Of a DNA stretch of 64,000 bases, positions 1-8,985 are shown one piece after another; the stretch's first letter is position 1; each line of letters starts with the position of its first letter. Source of the stretch: an uncultured Gammaproteobacteria bacterium. Lineage in GTDB: Bacteria; Patescibacteriota; Patescibacteriia; Magasanikbacterales; GWA2-37-8. The DNA lies in assembly GCA_964540825.1 (NCBI GenBank), contig CAZINT010000003.1:83250-147249 (forward strand), written 5' to 3'. The notes beneath the pieces are model-generated. The model made no database searches, had not been told where the DNA came from, and was given only the letters and a program-made list of their open reading frames with translations. A program made the translations under genes and the position numbers.

Positions 1-1493
1 CGCACGTTGGCTTCATCATTTTTAATTTTTTCGAGGGAACCGATAATCGCTTCGAGCGATCCGAGCGTATCAGCTTTAATAACGACATTAAGCACTTTTT
101 TCTGATCTTCTTCGTCTTCGGATTCATTTTTCTGACTAATAACTTGCTTTTCAGCACCCGTCTGCTGAGTGCGTTTACTTTTCATATTTACCAACGTCGC
201 TGTGGCAGCCTGCGCAATATCCAAAATATCACCTACTTGCGGAGCAATCTTGAAACCCAAAATTCTAACCGGCGTGCTGGGCCCCGCTTCAGTAATATTT
301 TCAGTGCGATAATTTTTGAGCGCACGAACTTTGCCGTAAATTTCACCATTCACGACCAGCGGATCATTAATATGGAGCGTACCGGTCTGCACGAGAATCG
401 TTACCACAGCACCTTCACCTTTATCAACACGCGCTTCAATAACAGTTCCGGCAGCCGGGCGATTGGGATTGGCCTTGATAGTATCTTTATATAAATCAGC
501 CACTAAGAGGAGGGCGTCGAGTGTTTTGTCGATATTCAATTTTTGTTTAGCAGAAATTTCGACCATGACCGTGTCGCCGCCCCATTCTTGCGGAATAATG
601 TTGTACTGGCCAAGTGCAGCTCGAACACGTTCCACATCAGCGCCTGGTTTATCGATTTTGTTAATCGCAACGATGAACGGTAATTTAGCCGCTTTGATAA
701 TATTAATCGCTTCCACTGTCTGCGGCTTAATACCGTCGTCAGCAGCAACTACGAGAATTGCAATATCCGCAACTTTGGCACCGCGACTGCGCATAACCGT
801 AAACGCTTCATGACCCGGGGTGTCAATAAACGTGAGCGGAGTTTCTTCTTTAGAAATCGGATTGGTCCAAACAACCTGGTACGCACCAATATGCTGGGTA
901 ATACCGCCCGCTTCACGGCTGGCAACATTAGCACTACGAATAGAATCAAGTAATGTTGTCTTACCGTGGTCAACGTGACCCATGACAACAATAACTGGCG
1001 CACGCGGCGTCGTCATATCGCCAGCGAGCATGGTAGCCAAATTTTCAAGATGCGTATCTACGGCTTCTGCTTCGCCGCCGCCTGCTGCGACGGTAAACCC
1101 AAGTTCTTCGGCCAGGAGAACAGCAGTATCATGATCAATATTTTCATTCTGTGTAGCCAAAATACCATTTTTCATGAGCTCTAAAATAAGCTTGTTGATC
1201 GGCAAACTTAATTTTTCCGCTAATTCTTTTACTGTCAAAACACCTGGAATCGTAACACTCACCCCGCTTTCACGGCGAAGTTCCTTTTCAAGTTCTTTTT
1301 GTTTTTCTTTTTCTTGCCGCTCCCGCTCTTCTAACACAAATTTGATGCGTCGCCATTCACGCTGGATTTGCTGAGCAACACGATCATCAATCTTGACAGC
1401 ACGGGCACCAATATCAAAACCAAACTCCGGTAAAATAGTAAGGAGCTTTTGCGGGTGAATACGCAGCGAGCGCGCAAGTTCGGAAACATTCAT
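1..1493 (-). CDS. infB: Translation initiation factor IF-2 (3' end runs off the window)
   Basis: Minus-strand frame from ATG at 1493 reads [16 protein letters not shown]... and contains the GTPase motifs [26 protein letters not shown] and IDTPGHEAF. No SD motif upstream. Confidence 0.97.
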   Translation of the reverse strand, partial: MNVSELARSLRIHPQKLLTILPEFGFDIGARAVKIDDRVAQQIQREWRRIKFVLEERERQEKEKQKELEKELRRESGVSVTIPGVLTVKELAEKLSLPINKLILELMKNGILATQNENIDHDTAVLLAEELGFTVAAGGGEAEAVDTHLENLATMLAGDMTTPRAPVIVVMGHVDHGKTTLLDSIRSANVASREAGGITQHIGAYQVVWTNPISKEETPLTFIDTPGHEAFTVMRSRGAKVADIAILVVAADDGIKPQTVEAINIIKAAKLPFIVAINKIDKPGADVERVRAALGQYNIIPQEWGGDTVMVEISAKQKLNIDKTLDALLLVADLYKDTIKANPNRPAAGTVIEARVDKGEGAVVTILVQTGTLHINDPLVVNGEIYGKVRALKNYRTENITEAGPSTPVRILGFKIAPQVGDILDIAQAATATLVNMKSKRTQQTGAEKQVISQKNESEDEEDQKKVLNVVIKADTLGSLEAIIGSLEKIKNDEANV

Positions 1494-1563
1494 GAGAGAG
1501 ATCTAAAATGAGTAATTATTGCTTGAGTATAGCGCAGCTACTCCAAAAGGTCAATAAATAGCC

Positions 1564-1632
1564 TTGACAAAACCCTTAAAATACCCTACTACTAACGTTC
1601 GATCGAAAATCGATCGCCACCAAAAAAAGGAG
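1564..1632 (+). promoter_or_regulatory. Sigma70-like promoter, leader hairpin and SD of ORF 1640
   Basis: TTGACA 1564-1569, then 17 nt, then a weak -10 (TACTAC). Hairpin CGATCGA-aaa-TCGATCG at 1600-1616. AAGGAG at 1627-1632. Confidence 0.6.
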
Positions 1633-1639
1633 CAGACCC

Positions 1640-2467
1640 ATGAAGTTTATCCTGCCATTGCTTACCCTCGCCATTCTGGCCGCGGGGTGCACCGAAACAC
1701 CCATCACGCAGGACCGCGGGGAGTGCCAGCTGGACTCCCAGTGCGACGACACGACCACGCAGCTGTGCATCGCACGGCAGTGCGTCGCCTTCTCCACTTG
1801 CGACGCGCCCGGTGACGTCTGCGGGGTCGGGTACGAGTGCAAGGAGAAGGTGGGGTACCTCAAGGGTGCAACGCCCTACCGGTACGTCACCCGTCTGTGC
1901 GTCCCGGCCGGCACCACGATCATGCCGCCCGTGGATCCGGGATCGGGTGACATGTCCAGCGAGATACTGGACATGCGCAGCTCAGGCACGCCCGACCTGC
2001 GGGCAATCCTGCCCGACTGTCCGGCCGGCTCCATCGACGGCACCCCTCTGTGTGGCGGCGTGCTAACCAGCACGACGTGCCAGCCGCGCACTCGCTGCGG
2101 CGATGGTCGTCACGTGAAGAGCAAGGACGACTGCTCGGCCGACGCCAACAACTTCGCGGGCGCCGAAGGGAGCGACGGCTTCTGTACCAACGCAACCGAG
2201 GCGATCATGATCCAGGTCAACCAGGCGATGGGAGGAACCAAACTCCGCATCAACGCCGCCAACACTAGCCCCGATGTACCGATCGACGGCACCGTTCAGG
2301 TCATCAAGGGTATCGGCGCTTATGGTGGACTTGTGACGGTCAGCATCGTCGACAACGGCGGCAACCCGATCCTGAACTCGACCGGCACCTGCTGGAGCGT
2401 GTCCGGAGGGACCCCGAAGAAAGGGCCCATCAGCGACATCGGCGGCGTCGCCGGGTGCAGGAAGTAA
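1640..2467 (+). CDS. GC-rich Cys-rich secreted lipoprotein of unknown function (paralog of 2933)
   Basis: Signal peptide with lipobox LAAG-C, many Cys residues, GC-rich third positions and an SD. The C-terminal half aligns with ORF 2933 (NFAGAEGSDGFC vs NFAGQEGSDGFC). Confidence 0.85.
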   Translation: MKFILPLLTLAILAAGCTETPITQDRGECQLDSQCDDTTTQLCIARQCVAFSTCDAPGDVCGVGYECKEKVGYLKGATPYRYVTRLCVPAGTTIMPPVDPGSGDMSSEILDMRSSGTPDLRAILPDCPAGSIDGTPLCGGVLTSTTCQPRTRCGDGRHVKSKDDCSADANNFAGAEGSDGFCTNATEAIMIQVNQAMGGTKLRINAANTSPDVPIDGTVQVIKGIGAYGGLVTVSIVDNGGNPILNSTGTCWSVSGGTPKKGPISDIGGVAGCRK

Positions 2468-2479
2468 GCAGCCCCCACC

Positions 2480-2587
2480 CCCCAGCTCTCCCTCGCCTAG
2501 GGAGACAATGGCTTCCGAGCTGAAGCCTGCGGGGAGTGGTACACCATTTGTTCTTTCAGGCACGCTTTCCTCGCGTGCCACTTCCCA
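2480..2587 (+). repeat. Structured 3' element, family A copy 1 (three hairpins)
   Basis: CCCCAGCTCTCCCTCGCCTAGGGAGACA and GGGGAGTGGTACAC...GGCACGCTTTCCTCGCGTGCCACTTCCCA are nearly identical to 3885-3990. Confidence 0.9.
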
Positions 2588-2736
2588 AAATATTTTTATT
2601 GGTATTCACTAGAAGTATATTGAGAAGAACTACCAACGCTTTTCACTCAAAAATGAGGCTGTGGTTTACTATAAAAATACCTAAAATAAAAAGCTGCTTA
2701 TATTAGCCAAATTTTTAGAACCACACCGAGATACTC

Positions 2737-2925
2737 TTGACAAAACCCCAAAAATGTGCTAGCATTGTTCGTTCCTGAAGTTAATCAGGAGGTTCTTTAA
2801 TAAAGCGTCTTTGGCACCAAAAAGCCTCTATTTTAGAGAAGTTTTTTAGTGTCAAAGACCAGTACCACTTTATGAGAGGTACCCCTCTCAATTGGATCCA
2901 GGCTTTCTGTCCCGCAACCAAGGAG
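2737..2925 (+). promoter_or_regulatory. Promoter, structured 5' UTR and SD of ORF 2933
   Basis: TTGACA 2737-2742, 17 nt, then extended -10 TG-c-TAGCAT. Hairpins at 2773-2790, 2807-2859 and 2874-2889. AAGGAG at 2920-2925. Confidence 0.75.
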
Positions 2926-2932
2926 AACGATC

Positions 2933-3880
2933 ATGACCACGAGCCGCATCCTTGCCCGCCTCGGCATCCCCGTCCTCGCCCTCACCGGCGTCCTCGGCGT
3001 CGCATGCTACCGCACCGACAAGAACTACTGCATGAGCTCGGCCGACTGCGCCGGCATGGGGGGCTACTGCTCCCTCCCCGCCCACAGTTGTCTGTCGCCG
3101 CAGTGCGACGTGAAGAGCAACAAGCTCCTGGCGCGCGACCAGACCAAGATGGGCGAGATCGTCACGACCTACAGCCCCTACAGCTGCAACCCCGGTGACG
3201 TCTGCGACTCGGTGAAGGGCCTCTGCCGGCCGCTCACCTGCGCCGACGGGATGGCCTGCCCCGACGGCTCGACCTGCAACAAGAGCAAGGGGATGTGCGA
3301 GACGATCTTCGTCCCGCCCGCGCCGGACATGGCGCAGGGCGACATGAACATCTCGCCCGACCTCGCGCCGCCCGCCGACATGACCCCGGGCGACCTGGCC
3401 GGCCTCCCGAACTGCCCCGACAAGGCGGTCAACGGCGGCCCGTCCTGCAACACGGACATCAGCGGCACCACCTGCAGGGCGGTCTTCCCGGCCTGCGGCA
3501 AGGGCTTCCGGGTCGCCAAGAAGGCGGACTGCCACACCTCGGCCCCGAATTTCGCGGGGCAGGAGGGCTCCGACGGCTTCTGCCTATCGGCCAACGCCGG
3601 GATCGAGATGCAGGTCGCCACGAAGCTCGGGGCGACCAAGCTCCAGGTGAACTCGGCGGGTGCCCCGGCCTACGAGGACATCGACGCCGGCGGCAAGCCC
3701 CAGCTCTTCGAGAGCGCCGGGGCTTACAACGGCCTGTTCTCACTCTTCCCGGTCGACGGGTCCAACAACCCCATCAACGGGACGGACGGGAACTGCTGGA
3801 TCCTCTCCTCCATCTCCGGCGCCCGGAAGACGCCGTTCACCGACCTCGGCGGCGTCAAGGGCTGCAAGATGGAGCCCTAG
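2933..3880 (+). CDS. GC-rich Cys-rich secreted lipoprotein of unknown function
   Basis: Lipobox LGVA-C, Cys-rich N-terminal repeats, a PDMA/PDLA linker and a C-terminal domain shared with ORF 1640. Spot count is 41/60 GC at 3301-3360. Confidence 0.85.
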   Translation: MTTSRILARLGIPVLALTGVLGVACYRTDKNYCMSSADCAGMGGYCSLPAHSCLSPQCDVKSNKLLARDQTKMGEIVTTYSPYSCNPGDVCDSVKGLCRPLTCADGMACPDGSTCNKSKGMCETIFVPPAPDMAQGDMNISPDLAPPADMTPGDLAGLPNCPDKAVNGGPSCNTDISGTTCRAVFPACGKGFRVAKKADCHTSAPNFAGQEGSDGFCLSANAGIEMQVATKLGATKLQVNSAGAPAYEDIDAGGKPQLFESAGAYNGLFSLFPVDGSNNPINGTDGNCWILSSISGARKTPFTDLGGVKGCKMEP

Positions 3881-3884
3881 TCCA

Positions 3885-3990
3885 CCCCAGCTCTCCCCCG
3901 CCTAGGGAGACACTAACCTCTTAAGAGAGGTCTTTGGGGAGTGGTACACATTGTTCTTTCAGGCACGCTTTCCTCGCGTGCCACTTCCCA
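3885..3990 (+). repeat. Structured 3' element, family A copy 2
   Basis: Direct repeat of 2480-2587 in which the middle hairpin has a different sequence (ACCTCT-taag-AGAGGT). Confidence 0.9.
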
Positions 3991-4079
3991 CTACTTTTTT
4001 ACCCCTCCCCGGTAGAAACGTGATAGGAAGACATGCTACCAACTCACCAAACTAAGTTTCGGCTAAGCTTAGGTAACGT

Positions 4080-4108
4080 TTGACACCTCACCCTCTGCCT
4101 GATATACT
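4080..4108 (+). promoter_or_regulatory. Sigma70 promoter upstream of the rny leader
   Basis: TTGACA-17 nt-TATACT. Confidence 0.75.
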
Positions 4109-4114
4109 TACCTC

Positions 4115-4362
4115 AGTAACTTTATTTATCAAGATTTTGAGCGAAAACTCTGGTTAGAAGAAAAGTCCGAAAGTATTCTGCTACTCTACGCATTTCGAAG
4201 CTTATTTATGTCATTTACCCCTCAATTCCTTAGAGACAATCTTCTTTGGAAGGCAGTACTCCCTGCCCGAGTTTTGTAATTGACCGCTAAATCTTTTCTA
4301 ACCTGCGAGGCCGATTTAAATGCCTCTACCGAGTAATCCTCAAATCTTTGAGGATTTTTATT
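4115..4362 (+). ncRNA. Candidate structured RNA (possibly 6S-like) upstream of rny
   Basis: About 250 nt non-coding region between a promoter and the hairpin AATCCTCAAA/TTTGAGGATT plus T tract. It has long-range complementarities (AAAACTC/GAGTTTT, GGTTAGAA/TTCTAACC). Confidence 0.4.
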
Positions 4363-4365
4363 TTT

Positions 4366-5898
4366 ATGGTTCTTAAATACCTTATTGCGGGTATCATTAC
4401 CCTCGCCGGTACGGGGCTTGGCCTCTTAGCTGGGTACCTCCTGCGCAAAAAAATTGCCCAGGCGGAAGCGAACTCAATCGAAGCGCGCGCTGACAAACTC
4501 TTAATCGAAGCAAAGAACAAACAACAGGAACTCCTCTTAGAGGGCAAAGAAAAAGCGACCAAAATACTCGACGAAGCCAAGCAAGAAGAAAAACAACTTC
4601 GCCAGGAACTGCGCACGATCCAAGAACGCCTGGAGCGGCGCGAAAACACCTTTGACCAAAAACTGCTTGAATTCCAAGATAAAGAAAAGCAGCTCCAAGA
4701 AAAAATTGAACGCGTCAAACAAATTAAGCAAGAAATTGAAAACCTAAAAGGTGAACAACTCGCTAAACTTGAACAAGTCGCTGCACTTACCCGCGAGGAA
4801 GCCAAAAATGAACTTCTCGCGAAAGTAGAAGAGCAAAGCAAAACAGACCTCATGGGCCGGATTATTAAACTGGAAAAAGAATCATCTGAAGTCTTTGAAG
4901 ACAAGGCTCGCGATATTATTACCGACGCTATCCAGCGCTGCGCTAGTAGCCATGCCGCCGAAACTACGTCGTCGATTGTTCATATTCCCAGCGAAGAAAT
5001 GAAAGGGCGTATTATCGGTAAAGAAGGCCGCAACATCAAAACCATCGAAAAATTAACGGGTTGTGAAATTATTATTGACGACACACCTGAATCGATTATC
5101 GTGTCGGGCTTTTCCCCGATCCGCCGCCAGGTTGCCAAACTCGCCATTGAAAAACTGATTGCCGACGGCCGCATCCAGCCTGCCCGCATTGAAGAGTTTG
5201 TTGAGAAAGCCAAACAAGATTTAGCGCTTGATATTAAAAAAGCCGGTGAAGAAGCGCTCTACAAAATGGGCATTACCGGTATTGACCCCAAACTCGTCAA
5301 CATTGTTGGTCGCCTTAAGTATCGCACCAGTTATGGACAGAACATCATGAACCACTCGACCGAAGTAGGTTATCTCGCTGCCCTCATAGCTGCCGAGCTT
5401 GGACTTGATGAAGCCAAAGCTAAAAAATGCGGCTTCTTCCATGATATTGGAAAATCGGTTGACCAAGAAACCCAAGGCTCACACCCAGAGATCGGCCACA
5501 TGATCCTCAAAAAGTTCAACATGGACGAGGATATCTGCCAGGCAGCACTCACGCACCACAACGACAAACCGTATAATATCTATTCGTCAGTTGCGAAAGC
5601 TGCTGATGCTATCTCGGGCGCTCGTGTTGGTGCCCGCCGCGATACGTACGAACAATATATTACGCGCCTCGAAGACCTCGAAAAAACAGCCGGATCATTC
5701 CCTGGCATCGACAAAGTGTACGCCATTCAGGCCGGTCGCGAAGTACGTGTGTTTGTTCGCCCAAATGAAATTGATGACTACGCTGCGTACCAGCTTGCCA
5801 AAGACATTGCTCACAAGATCGAACAAGAACTTAAATACCCTGGCGAAATTCGTGTTTCACTCATTCGCGAGACGCGCGTTATCGAATACGCTCGCTAA
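4366..5898 (+). CDS. rny: Ribonuclease Y
   Basis: N-terminal TM helix, coiled coil, KH domain (MKGRIIGKEGRNI) and HD domain (FHDIGK, ADAISGAR). ATG 4366 is preferred over TTG 4348. Confidence 0.97.
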   Translation: MVLKYLIAGIITLAGTGLGLLAGYLLRKKIAQAEANSIEARADKLLIEAKNKQQELLLEGKEKATKILDEAKQEEKQLRQELRTIQERLERRENTFDQKLLEFQDKEKQLQEKIERVKQIKQEIENLKGEQLAKLEQVAALTREEAKNELLAKVEEQSKTDLMGRIIKLEKESSEVFEDKARDIITDAIQRCASSHAAETTSSIVHIPSEEMKGRIIGKEGRNIKTIEKLTGCEIIIDDTPESIIVSGFSPIRRQVAKLAIEKLIADGRIQPARIEEFVEKAKQDLALDIKKAGEEALYKMGITGIDPKLVNIVGRLKYRTSYGQNIMNHSTEVGYLAALIAAELGLDEAKAKKCGFFHDIGKSVDQETQGSHPEIGHMILKKFNMDEDICQAALTHHNDKPYNIYSSVAKAADAISGARVGARRDTYEQYITRLEDLEKTAGSFPGIDKVYAIQAGREVRVFVRPNEIDDYAAYQLAKDIAHKIEQELKYPGEIRVSLIRETRVIEYAR

Positions 5899-6022
5899 AA
5901 ATGGGCTGTGGAAAAGTGGACTTGGCTGAGCATAGCCAAAAAAAGACGACCATGATATAGTATCCCTATCATTACTCAGGCCTCAAGGTCACATACTTGA
6001 GTCCCCTAAAAAGAATGGACCT

Positions 6023-6298
6023 ATGAATAAAGCAGAATTAGCCCAAACTTTGGCCGAAAAACTGAACGTTTCCAAACGTGAAACTGAGGATATGCTCAAC
6101 GCTTTCGTTGACACCGTCACTATGACCCTCAAGAAAGGCGAAGAAGTGGTATTAACTGGTTTTGGTGCTTTCAGCGCCAAGCAGCGTGCCGCTCGCACCG
6201 GTGTTAACCCACAAAATCCTTCACAAAAAATCCAGATCCCGGCTGTTATGGTTCCAAAATTTAAAGCCGGTAAAGCCCTCAAAGACGCTCTCAAATAA
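6023..6298 (+). CDS. hup: HU family DNA-binding protein
   Basis: MNKAEL...GFGAF...ARTGVNPQ...PKFKAGKALKD. Confidence 0.95.
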   Translation: MNKAELAQTLAEKLNVSKRETEDMLNAFVDTVTMTLKKGEEVVLTGFGAFSAKQRAARTGVNPQNPSQKIQIPAVMVPKFKAGKALKDALK

Positions 6299-6310
6299 TC
6301 CGAAACTTAG

Positions 6311-6342
6311 AAAAATCCCCTCGGTTGTCGGGGGGATTTTTT
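6311..6342 (+). terminator. Intrinsic terminator
   Basis: AAAAATCCCC...GGGGATTTTT hairpin with T tail. Confidence 0.8.
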
Positions 6343-6458
6343 GTTACCTGAAACTATTGACAAAAACGCATTTCACGCTATGATGCGGTTGTCGCTATGC
6401 CAAAGGTTTCAAACTACATCTTTTTGAAACTCATCAAGAACGATACTGGAGGGAAAAA

Positions 6459-7028
6459 ATGAAAACTGACATTACACTGTTAAGCACCATGCTCCGCGAA
6501 TTTGCGCTCATTGCCCTCCGCGAGCGGTGCGAAAACGGTGTCCCAGTCCGGGCCGATACGCCCAACGAGCTCATGTCCGAGTTTGCGGCGGTATGGAGCA
6601 CCCTGGACCATGGGACCTGTGACTACCGGCAGTTCTGCGAAATTTTTCAGGCGGTGGCCGAAGCCAGTCTACGTGACGAAAACCAGTGCGCCGTACTCGC
6701 GCTCACCACTCTCTCGTTCATCACCTACGTCGGTCCCAATCGAGCGCGCACCATACTCCAGGCCATCTACCGAGAAAGCCGTACCGCGAAGGCTGGCTCC
6801 TACAACCAGCTGGTCTTTTACCTCGGCGCGCTGGAAGCGATGAGTCTCGCCGGTTCACCAGTCACGATTCTCGAGTGGGGCGTGGATGAAGCGTACAAGC
6901 AGCTCGGAAACGAAGTCTCGCGTGAAAGCGTCTTCCTGAGCTTGTGGATCCAGGCACTCAGCAATCGAGCAGTAACGCTTTCCGAAGAACCCATGCCGGC
7001 CGACCGCTCCGGCGTACTCGCACTCTAA
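6459..7028 (+). CDS. SD-led GC-rich orphan protein
   Basis: Own promoter (TTGACA 6357, TATGAT 6379), leader hairpin 6406-6430 and GGAGG 6448-6452. No family recognised. Confidence 0.7.
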   Translation: MKTDITLLSTMLREFALIALRERCENGVPVRADTPNELMSEFAAVWSTLDHGTCDYRQFCEIFQAVAEASLRDENQCAVLALTTLSFITYVGPNRARTILQAIYRESRTAKAGSYNQLVFYLGALEAMSLAGSPVTILEWGVDEAYKQLGNEVSRESVFLSLWIQALSNRAVTLSEEPMPADRSGVLAL

Positions 7029-7033
7029 CAAAC

Positions 7034-7109
7034 GCTGCTTGAGGCAGCTGCCGGTGGCGCCCTGTGCCACCCTGAACCAGTGATGGAAAGTTATTTTCAT
7101 TAGTGGTTC
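7034..7109 (+). other. Three tandem 3' hairpins after ORF 6459
   Basis: GCTGC/GCAGC, GGTGGCGC/GTGCCACC and GAACCA...TGGTTC. Confidence 0.65.
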
Positions 7110-7172
7110 TGGCCAGATTTTTCTGACCACCTTCTTTGCCTTAAGAACAAAATTGAGTATACTGAAACAGCT

Positions 7173-7997
7173 ATGTCCCCCGCTCAATTTCATAAAAAAA
7201 TCTATACCTACGCCGAATCGGCTAATCGAAAACTTCCCTGGCGCAAAACGACTGATCCGTACAAAATTTTAGTTTCGGAAATCATGCTCCAGCAAACCCA
7301 GGCCGAACGCGTCATTCCAAAATACAACAATTTTATAAAGCAATTTCCAACGTTTAAAAAACTAAGCACCGCTCCGCTTAGCGAACTGCTCGCTGCCTGG
7401 CAAGGACTTGGGTACAACCGACGAGCACTCAGCTTACAAAAAACTGCCCTGGAAGTAGTTAGAAAATACAAAGGCAAACTTCCCAGTGACCCCACCCTCC
7501 TTAAAGAACTTCCCGGGATTGGCCCAGCGACTGCAGCGTCGATCGTTGTGTACGCTTTTAACCTGCCTTTTGTTTTTGTCGAAACAAATGTGCGTACGGT
7601 TTTTATTCATTGTTTTTTTGCTGACCGAACTGATGTAACTGATGCTGAATTACTCCCACTGGTTACAAAAATGATGGATAAAAATAATCCGCGCCGGTGG
7701 TACAACGCGCTTATGGATTACGGCGTTATGCTCAAGAAAATTCATAAAAATCCCAGTCGCGCGAGCGCCCACTATACCAAACAAACCACATTTAAAGGCT
7801 CGCGCCGACAAGTGCGCGGGCGCATCGTTAAAATTTTAACGAACAAAAAAAGTATCACGCTTGCTAAGCTCATTCATGAAGTTGACGATCTTCCTCAAGC
7901 CACCTCGGAAGCGCTGAACACACTTATTACTCAACTCGCCAAAGAAGGTTTTTTAAAAAGAAAAAATACAATGATCACTTTAGCTAAAAATATTTAA
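7173..7997 (+). CDS. mutY: A/G-specific adenine glycosylase (short form lacking the Fe-S motif)
   Basis: RKLPWR, VSEIMLQQTQ, WQGLGYNRRA and HhH motif LPGIGPATA. The 4Fe-4S cysteines are absent. Confidence 0.9.
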   Translation: MSPAQFHKKIYTYAESANRKLPWRKTTDPYKILVSEIMLQQTQAERVIPKYNNFIKQFPTFKKLSTAPLSELLAAWQGLGYNRRALSLQKTALEVVRKYKGKLPSDPTLLKELPGIGPATAASIVVYAFNLPFVFVETNVRTVFIHCFFADRTDVTDAELLPLVTKMMDKNNPRRWYNALMDYGVMLKKIHKNPSRASAHYTKQTTFKGSRRQVRGRIVKILTNKKSITLAKLIHEVDDLPQATSEALNTLITQLAKEGFLKRKNTMITLAKNI

Positions 7998-8143
7998 ACC
8001 CTTGATTTTTTTAGGGTTTTAGTGTATACAAAATCTATATTTCAAAATTATTCAAGCTGTTTTCACCACGAGTACCGCGCTCGTCACTCTTAGAGTGGTG
8101 AGTATACGCTCTTGGGTAAATTACCCCATGCACGGAGGAAGCG

Positions 8144-8488
8144 ATGGAAAAGCAGTACATTCTGCCGCCCTCAACACCTGCGCCAACGATCCAGCGCACT
8201 GGAGGCATCATCCTGTGCATGACTGGCTGGATCGTGTTCTTGGCGGCCTTTGCCAAATTTATTGGCGTAACCGTCCTCAACCGCCAGAGCGAGCTTGGTC
8301 TGAGTCTTGACCAGCTCAAGGATGGTATGCGGCTCTGTGGCATCGGCCTGGCGTTGGGCTGCCTCGGCACCCCTCTGTGGGTCTTGGCCGAGATTAAGCT
8401 TCGGCGCCGCGCCAAGGAGGAGTCACGGCAGCCCGGGTACATCCCGCCCAACGCAGAGCTTGCTTCCACCCCCACTTCAAGCAGCTAG
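8144..8488 (+). CDS. SD-led orphan membrane protein (2 TM helices)
   Basis: GGAGG at 8134-8138, two hydrophobic helices, GC-rich codons and 3' hairpins at 8510-8576. Confidence 0.7.
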   Translation: MEKQYILPPSTPAPTIQRTGGIILCMTGWIVFLAAFAKFIGVTVLNRQSELGLSLDQLKDGMRLCGIGLALGCLGTPLWVLAEIKLRRRAKEESRQPGYIPPNAELASTPTSSS

Positions 8489-8693
8489 TTTTGCCACTAT
8501 TTCAACCCTGCCAGCCTCGCTGGCTCCCGGCGACGAACAGATACTTTTTGCCACTCGCAAAAACCTGTTCGTCGCCCTCAGCTCTGTAGACGTCTTCACC
8601 AAAGGCAGCCACATACTGAGACAGACAAAAATTGACACAAACCGACGCCTATGATACGCTATTGGCAGTCTGAACTATCTTCTAACCCTCATT

Positions 8694-8912
8694 ATGAAAG
8701 AAAATCTGTATAATATTTTTCAGCTTGTTCTAGCCATTTTACTGATTATCGTGGTCCTCTTGCAGCAAAAAGGTGGCGGTATCGGCAGCGCCTTTGGCGG
8801 CTCCAGCAATGTCTACAGCACCAAACGCGGTATAGACAAAACCCTTCATTATACAACTATCGTTTTAGGCGTTCTATTCTTCGGCTTATCGTTAGCCCGC
8901 CTGATCTTCTAA
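8694..8912 (+). CDS. secG: Preprotein translocase subunit SecG
   Basis: IVVLLQQKGGGIGSAFGG...TKRG motif with two TM helices. Confidence 0.93.
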   Translation: MKENLYNIFQLVLAILLIIVVLLQQKGGGIGSAFGGSSNVYSTKRGIDKTLHYTTIVLGVLFFGLSLARLIF

Positions 8913-8985
8913 ACCAACGCTGACTCACAGCTTGGTAAGTCTTGGGATTCTGATACCAGAAACCCACTATCTAAAGGTTCTTCTC

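Noticed and set aside
1576-3924. Numerous long overlapping or antisense ORFs over the GC-rich genes (also at 31553-32404, 40345-40884 and 41586-42281)
   Set aside because: These are shadow ORFs expected from high GC3 and scarce stop codons. They have no SD or promoter and have Arg/Pro/Ala-skewed composition.
4348-4365. GAGG upstream of rny as an SD
   Set aside because: It lies about 12 nt from the ATG and is buried in a terminator-like stem, so it is not counted as a functional SD.
7022-7110. Integron attC interpretation of the 3' hairpins (TAAC boxes at the 6459 stop and GTCTAAC at 41299)
   Set aside because: No matching GTTRRRY end was found, the genes have their own promoters and no IntI is present in the window. 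A non-canonical recombination role is not excluded.
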